64,000 nt of DNA. Origin: an uncultured Bacilli bacterium. GTDB taxonomy: Bacteria > Bacillota_I > Bacilli_A > RF39 > UBA660. The position numbers and the translations under genes were made by a program. Each line of letters begins with the position of its first letter. Position 1 is the stretch's first letter. Shown one piece after another: positions 30,788-41,292 of the stretch. Under the pieces are notes generated by a model. The model did not search any database and was not told where the DNA came from. It saw only the letters and a list, made by a program, of their open reading frames with translations. The stretch is from NCBI GenBank assembly GCA_947627675.1, contig CANQWY010000002.1, positions 108 to 64,107 of the forward strand, read 5' to 3'.

Positions 30788-32143
30788 CTACTTTCCTACA
30801 CAAAAATTTTTAAATAAATTGTCTATTATTTCATCACTATAATCAATACCTATAATTTGTCCCAAATAATCAAAAGCTTCTTTTATATCTATTTCTATCA
30901 TATCAATAGGAGTATTATTGTTAGCAGATAATTTAGCTTTTTCTAATGATTTTAGAGCTAGTTTGGCCAGTGATATTTGTCTTGAATTAGTTAAATATGT
31001 ATAATCCTTTGTTTCTATTTTATCTAAATTGAACATTTCTTTTATTTTTTCCTTTAGAGAATCTATTCCTTTTAAAGAAGTTGTATTAGTACTAACAACT
31101 ACTCTATCTTTTATTTTTTCTTGTTCTATTTGTGAAGATAAATCATTTTTATTTATAACAACGATGCTTGTTTTATTTTTTGTTTTTTCAAGTATTTCTA
31201 TATCTGCTTTTGTTAATTTTTCATTATTATTTAGAATCACTAGTATTAAATCTGCTTCTTCAATTAATGATAAACTTTTTTCAACACCTATTTTTTCTAC
31301 AATATCATTTGTTTTTCTAATACCTGCTGTATCTATTATATTTAGAGGAATGCCATCTAAATAAATATTTCCTTCTACTATATCTCTTGTTGTTCCCTCA
31401 ATTGAAGTTACTATTGCTTTATCATATTCAAGAAAGCTATTTAAAACACTACTTTTTCCAACATTTGGCCTACCTATTATAACTGTTTTTATTCCAGTTT
31501 TAATTATTTCTTTATTTTCAGACTCTTCTATTAATTTTTGTAATTGTTTTATTTGTCCCATTAAAATTTTTTTAATTTTACTAATAGTCATAACTTCAAT
31601 ATCTTGGTATTCTGGATAATCAATATTTACTTCTATATTTGAAATCAAATCTCTAAGATCATTTCTATATTCTTCTATTAATTTAGATAATTTTCCTTCA
31701 ATATTATTTATAGCAAGATCTCTTTCTTTGTTAGTTTTACTTTCTATTAAGTCCATTACTGCTTCACTTTGAGTTAAATCTATTCTTCCATTTAAAAAAG
31801 CTCTTTTAGTAAATTCTCCTCTTTCTGCTAATCTTGCACCGTTTAAAAGTAATATTTCTAATACTTTATTAGTTGTACTTATTCCACCGTGACAATTTAT
31901 TTCTACAATATCCTCTTTAGTATATGTCTTAGGACTTAGCATTATTGATATTAATACTTCATCTATTACTTGATTTTTATCTATAATTTTTCCATAATGA
32001 ATTGTATGAGATTTTACTTTTGTTAAATCACAGCCTGTAAAAACTTTATTAGCAATGGAAATAGCATTTTTACCACTCATTCTTACAATTGAGATGGCAC
32101 CAACTCCAAGAGCAGTTGAGATTGCTGCTATTGTATCATTCAT
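30788..32143 (-). CDS. mnmE: tRNA modification GTPase MnmE (TrmE)
   Basis: G-domain GRPNVGKSS and C-terminal CVGK motif. Confidence 0.9.
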   Translation of the reverse strand: MNDTIAAISTALGVGAISIVRMSGKNAISIANKVFTGCDLTKVKSHTIHYGKIIDKNQVIDEVLISIMLSPKTYTKEDIVEINCHGGISTTNKVLEILLLNGARLAERGEFTKRAFLNGRIDLTQSEAVMDLIESKTNKERDLAINNIEGKLSKLIEEYRNDLRDLISNIEVNIDYPEYQDIEVMTISKIKKILMGQIKQLQKLIEESENKEIIKTGIKTVIIGRPNVGKSSVLNSFLEYDKAIVTSIEGTTRDIVEGNIYLDGIPLNIIDTAGIRKTNDIVEKIGVEKSLSLIEEADLILVILNNNEKLTKADIEILEKTKNKTSIVVINKNDLSSQIEQEKIKDRVVVSTNTTSLKGIDSLKEKIKEMFNLDKIETKDYTYLTNSRQISLAKLALKSLEKAKLSANNNTPIDMIEIDIKEAFDYLGQIIGIDYSDEIIDNLFKNFCVGK

Positions 32144-32271
32144 AGTATCCTCCTTTTTCTATATATTATAGCATAAATAGTAATCAATTAATTTTCATTA
32201 TGTTACATTTTTTACTAAATAAACTGTTTTTTCAATTCAGTATTTTTACAATTTTTAAAAAAAAGAAGATA

Positions 32272-32871
32272 TCAGTCTTCTCTTGATTTAATTACTATTG
32301 CTCTATTTGGTTCTTCTCCTACACTTTCAGTATATACAAATTTATTATTTTTTAAAGTATTGTGAATTATTCTTCTTTCATAAGAATTCATTGAATCAAG
32401 TTTTGCATCTATTTTAGTTTTTTTAACTTCCTCAGCAACATTTTTCGCAAGTCTGACTAGAGAAATTTCACGTTTTTCTTTATAATTACCAACAGTTATA
32501 ATAAACTTAAAATTCGTATCTAATTCTTTTTTTATAGCTTGATATATTATTAATTGCAATGCTTCTAAATTTTTGCCATTTTTACCTATTAATAATGCAT
32601 CGTTATCTGAAAAAATTGTAAATAATGGAATTTGTTCCTTACTAGTAATCTCTATATCAATAGAATTATAACCGATATTTTTCAAAATCTGTTTTAAAAA
32701 ATTCTCTATAAACTTCAATATTTCTCTTATTTCTATTACTCTTATTGTTACTTCTTTATCATCTGTTTTTAATTCTGTGATTAATAAATTTTTTTCTGTT
32801 TCAACAAGCTTTTTTTTAGCTTCATTTATAGCTTCTATTGTACTAGGAGCGCTAAATATATGTTTCTCCAT
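32272..32871 (-). CDS. khpB: Jag/KhpB R3H-domain RNA-binding protein
   Basis: C-terminal R3H motif (SYERRIIHNTL). Position downstream of yidC. Confidence 0.75.
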   Translation of the reverse strand: MEKHIFSAPSTIEAINEAKKKLVETEKNLLITELKTDDKEVTIRVIEIREILKFIENFLKQILKNIGYNSIDIEITSKEQIPLFTIFSDNDALLIGKNGKNLEALQLIIYQAIKKELDTNFKFIITVGNYKEKREISLVRLAKNVAEEVKKTKIDAKLDSMNSYERRIIHNTLKNNKFVYTESVGEEPNRAIVIKSRED

Positions 32872-32885
32872 ACCTAACTCCTTTT

Positions 32886-33812
32886 CTATTTTATTTTCTG
32901 TTTCTTAACAGCAATATTTTGTAGTATTGTACATAAATTATTAATGAACCAATATACACATAGAGCTGATGGCATAAAAAGGGCTGTTACAATTATCATA
33001 ACACTCATATATATTGGCATTTTTTTCATTGCTGGATCTAATGTCTGACCTGACATATTCATTTTAAATGAATAGTAAGTAGTTAATGATATTAGTAACA
33101 TTATTATAATATAAGCATAAAATGATGAGGTAGTAAAACCAACTGTTGGGGTTGTTCCTAATTGTAATCCTAAAAAATTATCTTCAAATATTGCAGGAAA
33201 ACGTTGTACTGCTTCATAAAATGCTATAAAAAGTGGTAGTTGGATAAATGAAAATAAGCAACCTGAAGCAGGTGATATATTATATTTTTTATAAACAGCC
33301 ATCATTTCTTGAGATTGCATCATCATTGATTTTTCATCTTTCTTATCAGCATATTTTTTTTGAATTCTCTGCATCTCTGGCTGAGCTTTCTTCATAAGTT
33401 CTGATTGCATCGCTGTCTTTTTTGTAAATGGATAACTTATTAACCTTATTATTAGAGTTATCAATATAAGTGCTAAAGCATAATTTTTGGTTAGTTTTCC
33501 AAGTTGTAAAATAAAATAGGCTAGAGGCTTAACTAAAAAGGTCGTCCATAATCCTTCATACTTACCATCGTTTATTTTAAAATTTTCACATTTTGGTAAT
33601 TTATTTATATCTACTTTATTTTTTTTATACTGCTTTATTGTTTCTTTATCTGTTGGTCTGCAAAGTATATTCTCTGTTAAATTTTGACCAGTTATTTTAT
33701 TAGTAACCGCTTTATTATTTTTATCAGTCAATGTTTTAGTACACCCAGTTGTAATAGTTAAAAATAATAACATAACTATTAACAACTTTTTTTTATTATT
33801 ATTTCGTTTCAT
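32886..33812 (-). CDS. yidC: Membrane protein insertase YidC/SpoIIIJ (lipoprotein type)
   Basis: Lipobox LTITTGC, then the conserved YidC 60-kDa core with multiple TM segments. Confidence 0.85.
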   Translation of the reverse strand: MKRNNNKKKLLIVMLLFLTITTGCTKTLTDKNNKAVTNKITGQNLTENILCRPTDKETIKQYKKNKVDINKLPKCENFKINDGKYEGLWTTFLVKPLAYFILQLGKLTKNYALALILITLIIRLISYPFTKKTAMQSELMKKAQPEMQRIQKKYADKKDEKSMMMQSQEMMAVYKKYNISPASGCLFSFIQLPLFIAFYEAVQRFPAIFEDNFLGLQLGTTPTVGFTTSSFYAYIIIMLLISLTTYYSFKMNMSGQTLDPAMKKMPIYMSVMIIVTALFMPSALCVYWFINNLCTILQNIAVKKQKIK

Positions 33813-34143
33813 CTAAATCTCCTTTATTTAATAGTAGAGAAAATAATTGTTTTGTCAAATCTTGATATGTTAAATCTAATGCTCTACTTCTTAATATTAT
33901 AATATAATCTCTATTATTAATATAGCTTTTTCTATAAATATCTAAAATGCTCCTTATCTTTCTTTTATATTTATTTCTAGTAACAGCATTTCCTATTTTC
34001 TTCCCTACAGAAATACCAAATCTATCATATTTTAAATTATTTGATTTAGTATATACTACAAAATATTTATTTTTTTTACATAATCCTTTATTTATTAGAG
34101 CATTAAATTCTTCCTTTTCTTTTACTATATACAGTTTTCTCAT
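33799..34143 (-). CDS. rnpA: Ribonuclease P protein component
   Basis: 114 aa, basic, RNR-like motif region. Between rpmH and yidC. Confidence 0.8.
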   Translation of the reverse strand: MRKLYIVKEKEEFNALINKGLCKKNKYFVVYTKSNNLKYDRFGISVGKKIGNAVTRNKYKRKIRSILDIYRKSYINNRDYIIILRSRALDLTYQDLTKQLFSLLLNKGDLDETK

Positions 34144-34194
34144 TTTTTACCTTCTTTAAAATTTAAAAAACCACTGTTTCATCAAACGGTGGAA

Positions 34195-34317
34195 TTATTT
34201 ACAAAGATTTTTACGCCCTTTACGACGACGACGATTTAATATATTTGTTTTCTTACGTGCAAAAAAGCCTAATTTTTTAGATTTTTTACGATTATTTGGT
34301 TGATAAGTTCTTTTCAT
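34195..34317 (-). CDS. rpmH: 50S ribosomal protein L34
   Basis: Hand-translated 40 aa MKRTYQPNNRKKSKKLGFFARKKTNILNRRRRKGRKNLCK. Not in the ORF track because it is shorter than 60 aa. Confidence 0.9.
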   Translation of the reverse strand: MKRTYQPNNRKKSKKLGFFARKKTNILNRRRRKGRKNLCK

Positions 34318-34439
34318 AAAATTCCACCTCCAGACATAAATCTACCTTATTATAATAAAAAATAGTTTTACTTGTCAATTAAAAGTTGCTTTTTTATACC
34401 AATTTATGCTGAAGATAACATTTTTATTAGTTACTTTTG

Positions 34440-34660
34440 TAATAATTATTAACTTATATAATATAGTTATATGTTTTCCACATAATTAACATACTTGTGT
34501 ATATCTTTTTTTTAACTGTTTATAAAAAAAATTGTGGAAAATGTGGATAAGTTGTTTTTTCTTTTATGAAACAATATTATCTTTTGTGGAAAAAATTGTG
34601 AATTACTTGTGGATTAAATTTTTTATTATTTTTTTATTTATTTTTTCCACAAATTGATTT
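34440..34660. promoter_or_regulatory. oriC upstream DnaA-box cluster (rpmH-dnaA intergenic)
   Basis: Perfect TGTGGATAA at 34543-34551, plus at least 5 one-mismatch boxes (TGTGGAAAA twice, TGTGGATTA, TTTTCCACA twice) in both orientations. Confidence 0.75.
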
Positions 34661-34701
34661 ATTATAATTGTTATATAAGTTGCTTGGAGGGAGATGGTTG
34701 A

Positions 34702-36060
34702 ATGAATGTTGAGGTCCTATGGACCAACTTTTTACAAAAGATAAAAGAAGAACTATCTTCTCTAGCATTTGATACTTGGTTTAAAGATACAAAACTCTTT
34801 AAATTAGAAAATAATAAAGCTATTATTGTTGTTCCTATGCCTATTCATAAAAAGCATTTATCGGATAATTATGAAGAACAAATAAAGTTTATTTTAAATA
34901 CTATTACTGGTAATAATTATGATATCGAATTTTTTTTAGAAGAAGAAATAAAAGAAAGTACTATCAAACAACAAATAGAAGACATTCCTACTAATAAAGT
35001 TGATAATAAAATTAACAACAATCTAAATAGTAAATACTCATTTGAAAATTTTATAGTTGGAAATAGTAATAAATTTGCTCAAGCCGCAGCCTTATCGGTT
35101 GCTGAAAACCCTGGAAAAATGTATAATCCACTATTTATATATGGAAATAGCGGACTTGGAAAAACACATTTAATGCATGCTATTGGTAATTATATCGTTA
35201 AAAATAGCAATAAAAGAGTTTTATATGTAACAAGTGATCAATTTATCCAAGATTTTATCGGTATTAATAAAAAAGATAATACTGGAACAAATTTTAATTA
35301 TGTTGACTTTTTTAAAAACAAATATAGAAATGTTGATGTTTTAATAATAGATGATATTCAATTTCTAGGTGGTGCTACTCAAACTCAGCAGGAATTTTTC
35401 CATACATTTAATACTTTATATAGTGACTCTAAGCAAATAATTATTTCATCTGATAGATCACCTGATGATTTAAAACTTCTAGAAGATCGTCTTAGAACTC
35501 GATTTTGTTGGGGACTTACTGTTAACATTTTTCCTCCAGATTTTAATCTTAGAGTAGAAATTATCAAAAGAAAAATAATAGCTGGTAATTTTGAAAAAGA
35601 AATACCAGAAGATGTTATAGAATATATCGCTTCTAATATGGGAAATGATGTTAGACAATTAGAGGGATCTATAACAAGGCTCGTTGCCTATTCTGCTATT
35701 ATGGGGGGAACCTCAATTACATTGTCTCTTGCAATTGAAGCCTTAAAAGATTTTATAAGTAAAGGCATTAGTGAAAAAAACGATATTCATAGAATACAAA
35801 AAGTAGTTGCAGAATTTTTTCAAATTAGTGTTGAAGATATTAGAAGTAAAAAAAGAAGTAGTAATATTGCATTTCCAAGACAAATAGCAATGTATTTATG
35901 TAGAAACATAACCAATGAATCTTTTCCTAAAATAGGAACAGAATTTGGAGGCAAAGATCATTCTACTGTTATGCACTCAGTAGAAAAAATATCTCAAGAA
36001 ATAAAAGTTAATAAAGATTTAGATAATATAATAGAAAAATTAAAAAAAGATATTGGCTGA
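34702..36060 (+). CDS. dnaA: Chromosomal replication initiator DnaA
   Basis: 452 aa. AAA+ Walker A GNSGLGKTHL. C-terminal DnaA-box-binding domain. Confidence 0.95.
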   Translation: MNVEVLWTNFLQKIKEELSSLAFDTWFKDTKLFKLENNKAIIVVPMPIHKKHLSDNYEEQIKFILNTITGNNYDIEFFLEEEIKESTIKQQIEDIPTNKVDNKINNNLNSKYSFENFIVGNSNKFAQAAALSVAENPGKMYNPLFIYGNSGLGKTHLMHAIGNYIVKNSNKRVLYVTSDQFIQDFIGINKKDNTGTNFNYVDFFKNKYRNVDVLIIDDIQFLGGATQTQQEFFHTFNTLYSDSKQIIISSDRSPDDLKLLEDRLRTRFCWGLTVNIFPPDFNLRVEIIKRKIIAGNFEKEIPEDVIEYIASNMGNDVRQLEGSITRLVAYSAIMGGTSITLSLAIEALKDFISKGISEKNDIHRIQKVVAEFFQISVEDIRSKKRSSNIAFPRQIAMYLCRNITNESFPKIGTEFGGKDHSTVMHSVEKISQEIKVNKDLDNIIEKLKKDIG

Positions 36061-36202
36061 TATGTGGATATTTTCATTAATAAACTTTTTTTTCCACAAA
36101 CTATTTTTAAAAAAAATATTTATAAAATATGAAAAAATATTGTTTTCCACATTTTCCACAGTTATAATAATAATATCTATAAAAAAGAAAGAAGGAATAT
36201 AG
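36061..36202. promoter_or_regulatory. oriC downstream DnaA boxes + AT-rich unwinding region (dnaA-dnaN intergenic)
   Basis: TGTGGATAT at 36063, TTTTCCACA three times (36090, 36144, 36153), and a run of more than 90% AT between them. Confidence 0.7.
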
Positions 36203-37333
36203 ATGAAACTAAGAATAAAAAAAGAAATATTACAAGAAGCAATAAATAAGGTATCAAAAGCTATATCAACTAAAAATTTAATCCCTGTACTTGCAGGAAT
36301 AAAATTTGAACTTAAAAAAAATAAATTAACTTTAACTGCATCTGATAATGACATTACTATTCAAACTACTATTGAAGGATATGATAATGAAGATTTTCAA
36401 GTAGAAGATGAAGGTAACATTATAGTTCAAGGAAAATATATATTAGATATAGTTCGTAAATTACCAGATAAATATATAAATATAGAAGTAATAGATGAAT
36501 TAAAAATATTAATTTATACTGAAAACAGTGAATTTAATTTAAATGGTATTAATGAAAATGAATATCCTTCTATTAATTTAGAAGAAAGTAAGAAAAAAAT
36601 TGATATCAATAGTTCAATATTTAAGGATATTGTTAATCAAACTGCTTTCGCATCTAGTAATGAAGAAACAAAACCAGTTCTTACAGGAATTAATTTTAAT
36701 ATAGTAGGTAATATTTTAGAATGCAATTCTACAGATAGTTATCGTCTAGCACGTAAAGTCATTACATTAGATAAAGCAAGTGAAGAAAATTATAATATAG
36801 TAATTCCTAGTCACAATATTGTTGAATTTACAAGAATAATGGATGAAGATATTTCAGGTATAGTAGAAGTACATATATTTAATAACAAAATTTTATTTAA
36901 ATATAAAAATGTTTTATTCCAATCAAGATTAATTAATGGAACTTATCCAAATACTGCTAATTTAATGCCAGATTCTTCATATATGATTATTACTGCTAAT
37001 TTAAGTGATTTTTATGATGTAATAGATAGAGCTAGTATTTTAACTAGTGATAAAGAAAAGAACGTTGTAACATTAGAAACTAATGGTGATACTTTAATTT
37101 TAAAATCTTCTTCTATTGAAATAGGTAGAGTAGAAGAAAAAATGAAAATAAGTAAAAATGTTGATGATGATATAAAAATTTCCTTTAGTGCTAGATATAT
37201 GATGGAAGCATTAAAAAGTTTTTCCACAGAAACTGTTGAAATTCATTATGTTGGAGAAATAAAACCAATTATTTTAAAATCAAGTCAAGAAGAAACTTTA
37301 ACCCAATTAGTTTTACCTATAAGAACATATTAA
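36203..37333 (+). CDS. dnaN: DNA polymerase III beta sliding clamp
   Basis: 376 aa, three-domain clamp. Follows dnaA. Confidence 0.95.
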   Translation: MKLRIKKEILQEAINKVSKAISTKNLIPVLAGIKFELKKNKLTLTASDNDITIQTTIEGYDNEDFQVEDEGNIIVQGKYILDIVRKLPDKYINIEVIDELKILIYTENSEFNLNGINENEYPSINLEESKKKIDINSSIFKDIVNQTAFASSNEETKPVLTGINFNIVGNILECNSTDSYRLARKVITLDKASEENYNIVIPSHNIVEFTRIMDEDISGIVEVHIFNNKILFKYKNVLFQSRLINGTYPNTANLMPDSSYMIITANLSDFYDVIDRASILTSDKEKNVVTLETNGDTLILKSSSIEIGRVEEKMKISKNVDDDIKISFSARYMMEALKSFSTETVEIHYVGEIKPIILKSSQEETLTQLVLPIRTY

Positions 37334-37470
37334 AAACAATATTTAAGAAGATCAACTAGATCTTTTTATTTTTTTAGTCTATCCTACAAAATACGATAAA
37401 TATCGACTAAGAAATATGCTATTATTTGTTTAGAAAACGAGAAAAAAGTCGTTTTCTAGGGGGAGAAAAT

Positions 37471-37938
37471 ATGAAAAAAGAATATGAAATTAATGATGGA
37501 ACATTAGCAGTTATATCTTTAAAAGATGGAAATTCTAAAATATTGGAGGATAATCAAAATTATATTGTGTCTTGTAGTAGCTTTGATATTTTAGATCATA
37601 GTTGTAAATATTTTGGCAGTAGTTATTTAGGAAGGAAAGAAGGCTCAAAATCAATGATTGGTGCTAGTTATAAATTACCTATTGTAATTGAAGACTCTCG
37701 TGATATTGTCTTTTTTCCAACATCTAGTCCTGAGGATAGTGAATGTATATGGATTGCAGTTAATAAAATTGTTACTTTTAATCAAGAAAAATATAATACA
37801 ACTAAAATCATTTTTGAAAATGGAATAGAGCTTATTGTTCCTTTATCATATAGGTCGGTTGAAAATCAAATTTATAGAGCAACTAGATTGACTTATCTAT
37901 TAAAAACTCATAAATCTAATAATAGAAATAGGATATAA
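37471..37938 (+). CDS. comK: ComK-family competence transcription factor-like protein
   Basis: Strong similarity to the B. subtilis ComK core (YEINDGTLAV..., SCKYFGSSYLGRKEGS..., KLPIVIEDSRDIVFFPTSSPEDSECIWI...) as recalled from memory. The start is taken at the second ATG behind a GGGGGAG RBS; the ORF track starts at 37426. Confidence 0.7.
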   Translation: MKKEYEINDGTLAVISLKDGNSKILEDNQNYIVSCSSFDILDHSCKYFGSSYLGRKEGSKSMIGASYKLPIVIEDSRDIVFFPTSSPEDSECIWIAVNKIVTFNQEKYNTTKIIFENGIELIVPLSYRSVENQIYRATRLTYLLKTHKSNNRNRI

Positions 37939-38232
37939 AATTGTATTTAGTTATAAAAGTAATTACTAATATTAATCGCTTAAATGCGATTTTTCTTTTA
38001 TTTTTATATATAGTTTTATAATATAAAGTAAATAGAAATCTTATTAAATAAGAAAATATGTTTGTTCAATATTTTAATGATAATTGTAAATTTATATATT
38101 TTTTTAGTAAAGATGGTATAAAATTGTTAATTTTCGTGCATAAATGCCTTTTTTATGCTATAATATAGTCGTATGTATGGGAATACTGATCTAGGGGATA
38201 GGTGATAAAATGAGTGGTTTTTAGGGTGAATA

Positions 38233-39342
38233 ATGGAAATTAGCAAAATTAATTTAATAAATTTTAGAAACTATGATAAATTAAATATTACTCTTAACAA
38301 AAATATGAATATTTTTATTGGCAGTAACGCTCAAGGAAAAACTAATATATTAGAGTCAATTATTATTCTAGCTTTAACAAAATCAAATAGAGCTAATTTA
38401 GAAAATAATTTAATAAAATTTGGAAAAGAAAAAGCTATAATAAAAGGAAAAGTTAAAGATAATAAATTATTAAGAGATTTATCTGTGGAAATTTTAGATA
38501 ATAACAAAAAACTAGTAGTTAATAAAACACAGATTAGAAAAGTATCTGAATATATTTCTAATTTAAATATAATTTCATTTATGCCTGATGATTTAGAAAT
38601 TATAAAATCATCTCCTAGTATCAGAAGAAATGTTTTAAACATACAGTTAAGTCAACTATCTAAGAAATATTTGAATACTTATAATGAATATAATAAAATT
38701 TTAAAGTCAAGAAATGAATACTTGAAAGTATTATTTACTAGTGGTCTAGCAGATAAAAAATATTTAGATATTATTACAGACAAACTTATTGAAAAAGCTA
38801 TTGTTATTTATATGATGAGAAAGGAATATATAGATTCTATAAATGAATCTATTTCTAAAATATATTTTAATATTGCGGGGGAAAATGGATTGTTTGTAAA
38901 ATATATTCCAAATATAAATATAGAAAGTTTTGATTATGATACTATTAAAAATATATTAGAAAATACTTTTAAGACCAATTACAAAAAAGAACTTAATTAT
39001 GGTATTACTTTGTTTGGACCTCATAGAGATGATATTGCCTTTATTTTAGATGAAAAAGATTTAAAACAATATGGATCTCAAGGCCAACAAAAACTTTCTA
39101 TTATATGTTATAAACTATCTGAGATTGATATATTTAAGAAAAAGTGTATGACTAAACCTGTGTTACTGTTTGATGATATTTTCAGTGAACTTGATATAAA
39201 AAAGAGAAATAAACTATTAAATTATGTTGCTACTGGTATTCAAAGTGTTATTACAACTACAGATTTAAAAAGTATTCAAAAAAAGTATTTAGCTGATGCT
39301 TATATATTTGAAGTAAATAATGGAAAGGTTATTAGAAAGTAG
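38233..39342 (+). CDS. recF: DNA replication and repair protein RecF
   Basis: Walker [13 protein letters not shown]-like architecture. 369 aa. Confidence 0.9.
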   Translation: MEISKINLINFRNYDKLNITLNKNMNIFIGSNAQGKTNILESIIILALTKSNRANLENNLIKFGKEKAIIKGKVKDNKLLRDLSVEILDNNKKLVVNKTQIRKVSEYISNLNIISFMPDDLEIIKSSPSIRRNVLNIQLSQLSKKYLNTYNEYNKILKSRNEYLKVLFTSGLADKKYLDIITDKLIEKAIVIYMMRKEYIDSINESISKIYFNIAGENGLFVKYIPNINIESFDYDTIKNILENTFKTNYKKELNYGITLFGPHRDDIAFILDEKDLKQYGSQGQQKLSIICYKLSEIDIFKKKCMTKPVLLFDDIFSELDIKKRNKLLNYVATGIQSVITTTDLKSIQKKYLADAYIFEVNNGKVIRK

Positions 39343-39355
39343 GGATTTTATGGAT

Positions 39356-41281
39356 ATGGAAGAAAAAGTTGAAACAACTTATGATTCCTCAGCTATTCAA
39401 GTACTTGAGGGATTAGAAGCAGTTAGAAAAAGACCTGGTATGTATATTGGTTCTACTAGCATTAGAGGGCTTCATCATTTAGTTTGGGAAATAGTCGATA
39501 ATGCAATAGATGAAGCTTTAGCAGGTTTCTGTAAGCATATTGAGGTTACTATTAATAAAGGTAATAGCATTACAGTAAAAGATGATGGACGAGGAATTCC
39601 AGTTGATGTTCATCCAAAAACTCATAAAAGTACTGTTGAAACTGTTTATACTGTATTACATGCCGGTGGAAAATTTGGTGGCGGTGGCTACAAGGTTTCT
39701 GGTGGTTTACATGGTGTTGGAGCAAGCGTTGTTAATGCACTAAGTGAATGGTTAGAGGTAAAAGTTTATAAGAATGGAAAAGTATATTTCCAAAGATATA
39801 GTAATGGTGGTCATCCAGAAGATGATTTAAAAGTAATTGATAATTGTGATGATGATAGAACGGGTACAGTTGTAACCTTTAAACCTGATCCAGATATATT
39901 TACAGATACTACTATATATGATTATGAGATACTTAAAACTAGACTTAGAGAATTAGCATTTTTAAATAAAGGTTTACGAATAACATTATATGATTTAAGA
40001 GATGTGGAAAAAAATGATAGTTTTTGTTACGAAGGTGGTATTAGACAATATGTAGAAATGCTAAATAAAAATAAGACTCCAATTCATGAGACAATAATCG
40101 ATGTGAGTGGGGAAGATAAAGGAATTTCATTAGAAGTTGCTTTACAGTATAATGAGACATATAATGCTGCTATTTATTCTTTTGTTAATAATATTACAAC
40201 ACCTGAAGGAGGAACACACGAAGATGGTGTTAGGCGTGCTTTAACTAGAATTTTAAATAAATATGCGACTAGTAGCGGACTTTTAAAAGAAAAAGATGAT
40301 CCACTAACAGGTGAAGATGTAAGAGAAGGAATTACAATGATAATTTCTGTTAAACATCCAAATCCTCAATTTGAAGGTCAAACAAAAACGAAACTTGGTA
40401 ATAGTGAGGTAAGAACAATTGCTGATAAAATATTTAGTGATAGCTTTGAGAGGTTTTTAATGGAAAATCCTAATCAAGCTAAGACTATAATAGAAAAAAG
40501 TATGACAGCATCAAGAGCTAGAGTAGCAGCAAAAAAGGCCCGTGAATTAACAAGACGTAAGGGAGATTTAGATGTTACTAACTTTTATGGAAAACTTTCT
40601 GATTGTAAAAGTAAAGATCCTAGTGAAAGTGAAATTTTCTTAGTAGAAGGTGATTCGGCAGGTGGATCTGCTATTAAGGGACGTAATAGTATTACTCAGG
40701 CTATACTTCCATTAAGAGGTAAAATTTTAAATGTTGAGAAAGCTAGATTAGACAGAGCTTTGTCAAATGAAGAAATTAGAACTATTATTACGGCATTTGG
40801 CACTGGTATTGGTGAGGAATTTGATCTAAGTAAATTAAGGTATCATAAGATTATTATAATGACTGATGCAGATGTTGATGGTAGTCACATTAGAGTTTTA
40901 CTTTTAACTTTATTTTATCGCTTTTTTAGACCATTAGTTGAAGCTGGGCATGTTTATGCTGCTCAACCTCCATTATTTTGTATCAAACATGGAAAGACAA
41001 TAAAATATGTATTAACAGAGCAAGAACGCGATCAATATTTAGCATCTCTTCCACCTAATACTAAACGCGACGTTAATCGTATGAAAGGATTAGGGGAAAT
41101 GGATGCTGAAGAACTTAATGAAACAACAATGGATATTGAAAAAAGAGTATTGAGACAAATTACAGTAGAGGATGCAATGGCTGCCGATGAGGTTTTTGAA
41201 AAACTTATGGGTGAAGAAGTTGGACCACGTCGTGAATTTATTGAACAAAATGCTGTTTATGTTGAAAATTTGGATATTTAG
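39356..41281 (+). CDS. gyrB: DNA gyrase subunit B
   Basis: GHKL ATPase, Toprim and the [20 protein letters not shown]-terminal signature. The start is taken at 39356 (RBS AGGGA); the ORF track starts at 39320 and overlaps recF. Confidence 0.95.
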   Translation: MEEKVETTYDSSAIQVLEGLEAVRKRPGMYIGSTSIRGLHHLVWEIVDNAIDEALAGFCKHIEVTINKGNSITVKDDGRGIPVDVHPKTHKSTVETVYTVLHAGGKFGGGGYKVSGGLHGVGASVVNALSEWLEVKVYKNGKVYFQRYSNGGHPEDDLKVIDNCDDDRTGTVVTFKPDPDIFTDTTIYDYEILKTRLRELAFLNKGLRITLYDLRDVEKNDSFCYEGGIRQYVEMLNKNKTPIHETIIDVSGEDKGISLEVALQYNETYNAAIYSFVNNITTPEGGTHEDGVRRALTRILNKYATSSGLLKEKDDPLTGEDVREGITMIISVKHPNPQFEGQTKTKLGNSEVRTIADKIFSDSFERFLMENPNQAKTIIEKSMTASRARVAAKKARELTRRKGDLDVTNFYGKLSDCKSKDPSESEIFLVEGDSAGGSAIKGRNSITQAILPLRGKILNVEKARLDRALSNEEIRTIITAFGTGIGEEFDLSKLRYHKIIIMTDADVDGSHIRVLLLTLFYRFFRPLVEAGHVYAAQPPLFCIKHGKTIKYVLTEQERDQYLASLPPNTKRDVNRMKGLGEMDAEELNETTMDIEKRVLRQITVEDAMAADEVFEKLMGEEVGPRREFIEQNAVYVENLDI

Positions 41282-41292
41282 GAGGTATAAAA

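Noticed and set aside
37426-37470. Longer ComK start (MFRKREKSRFLGGEN...)
   Set aside because: The upstream ATG has no RBS, whereas the internal ATG at 37471 follows GGGGGAG. The extension is probably untranslated leader.
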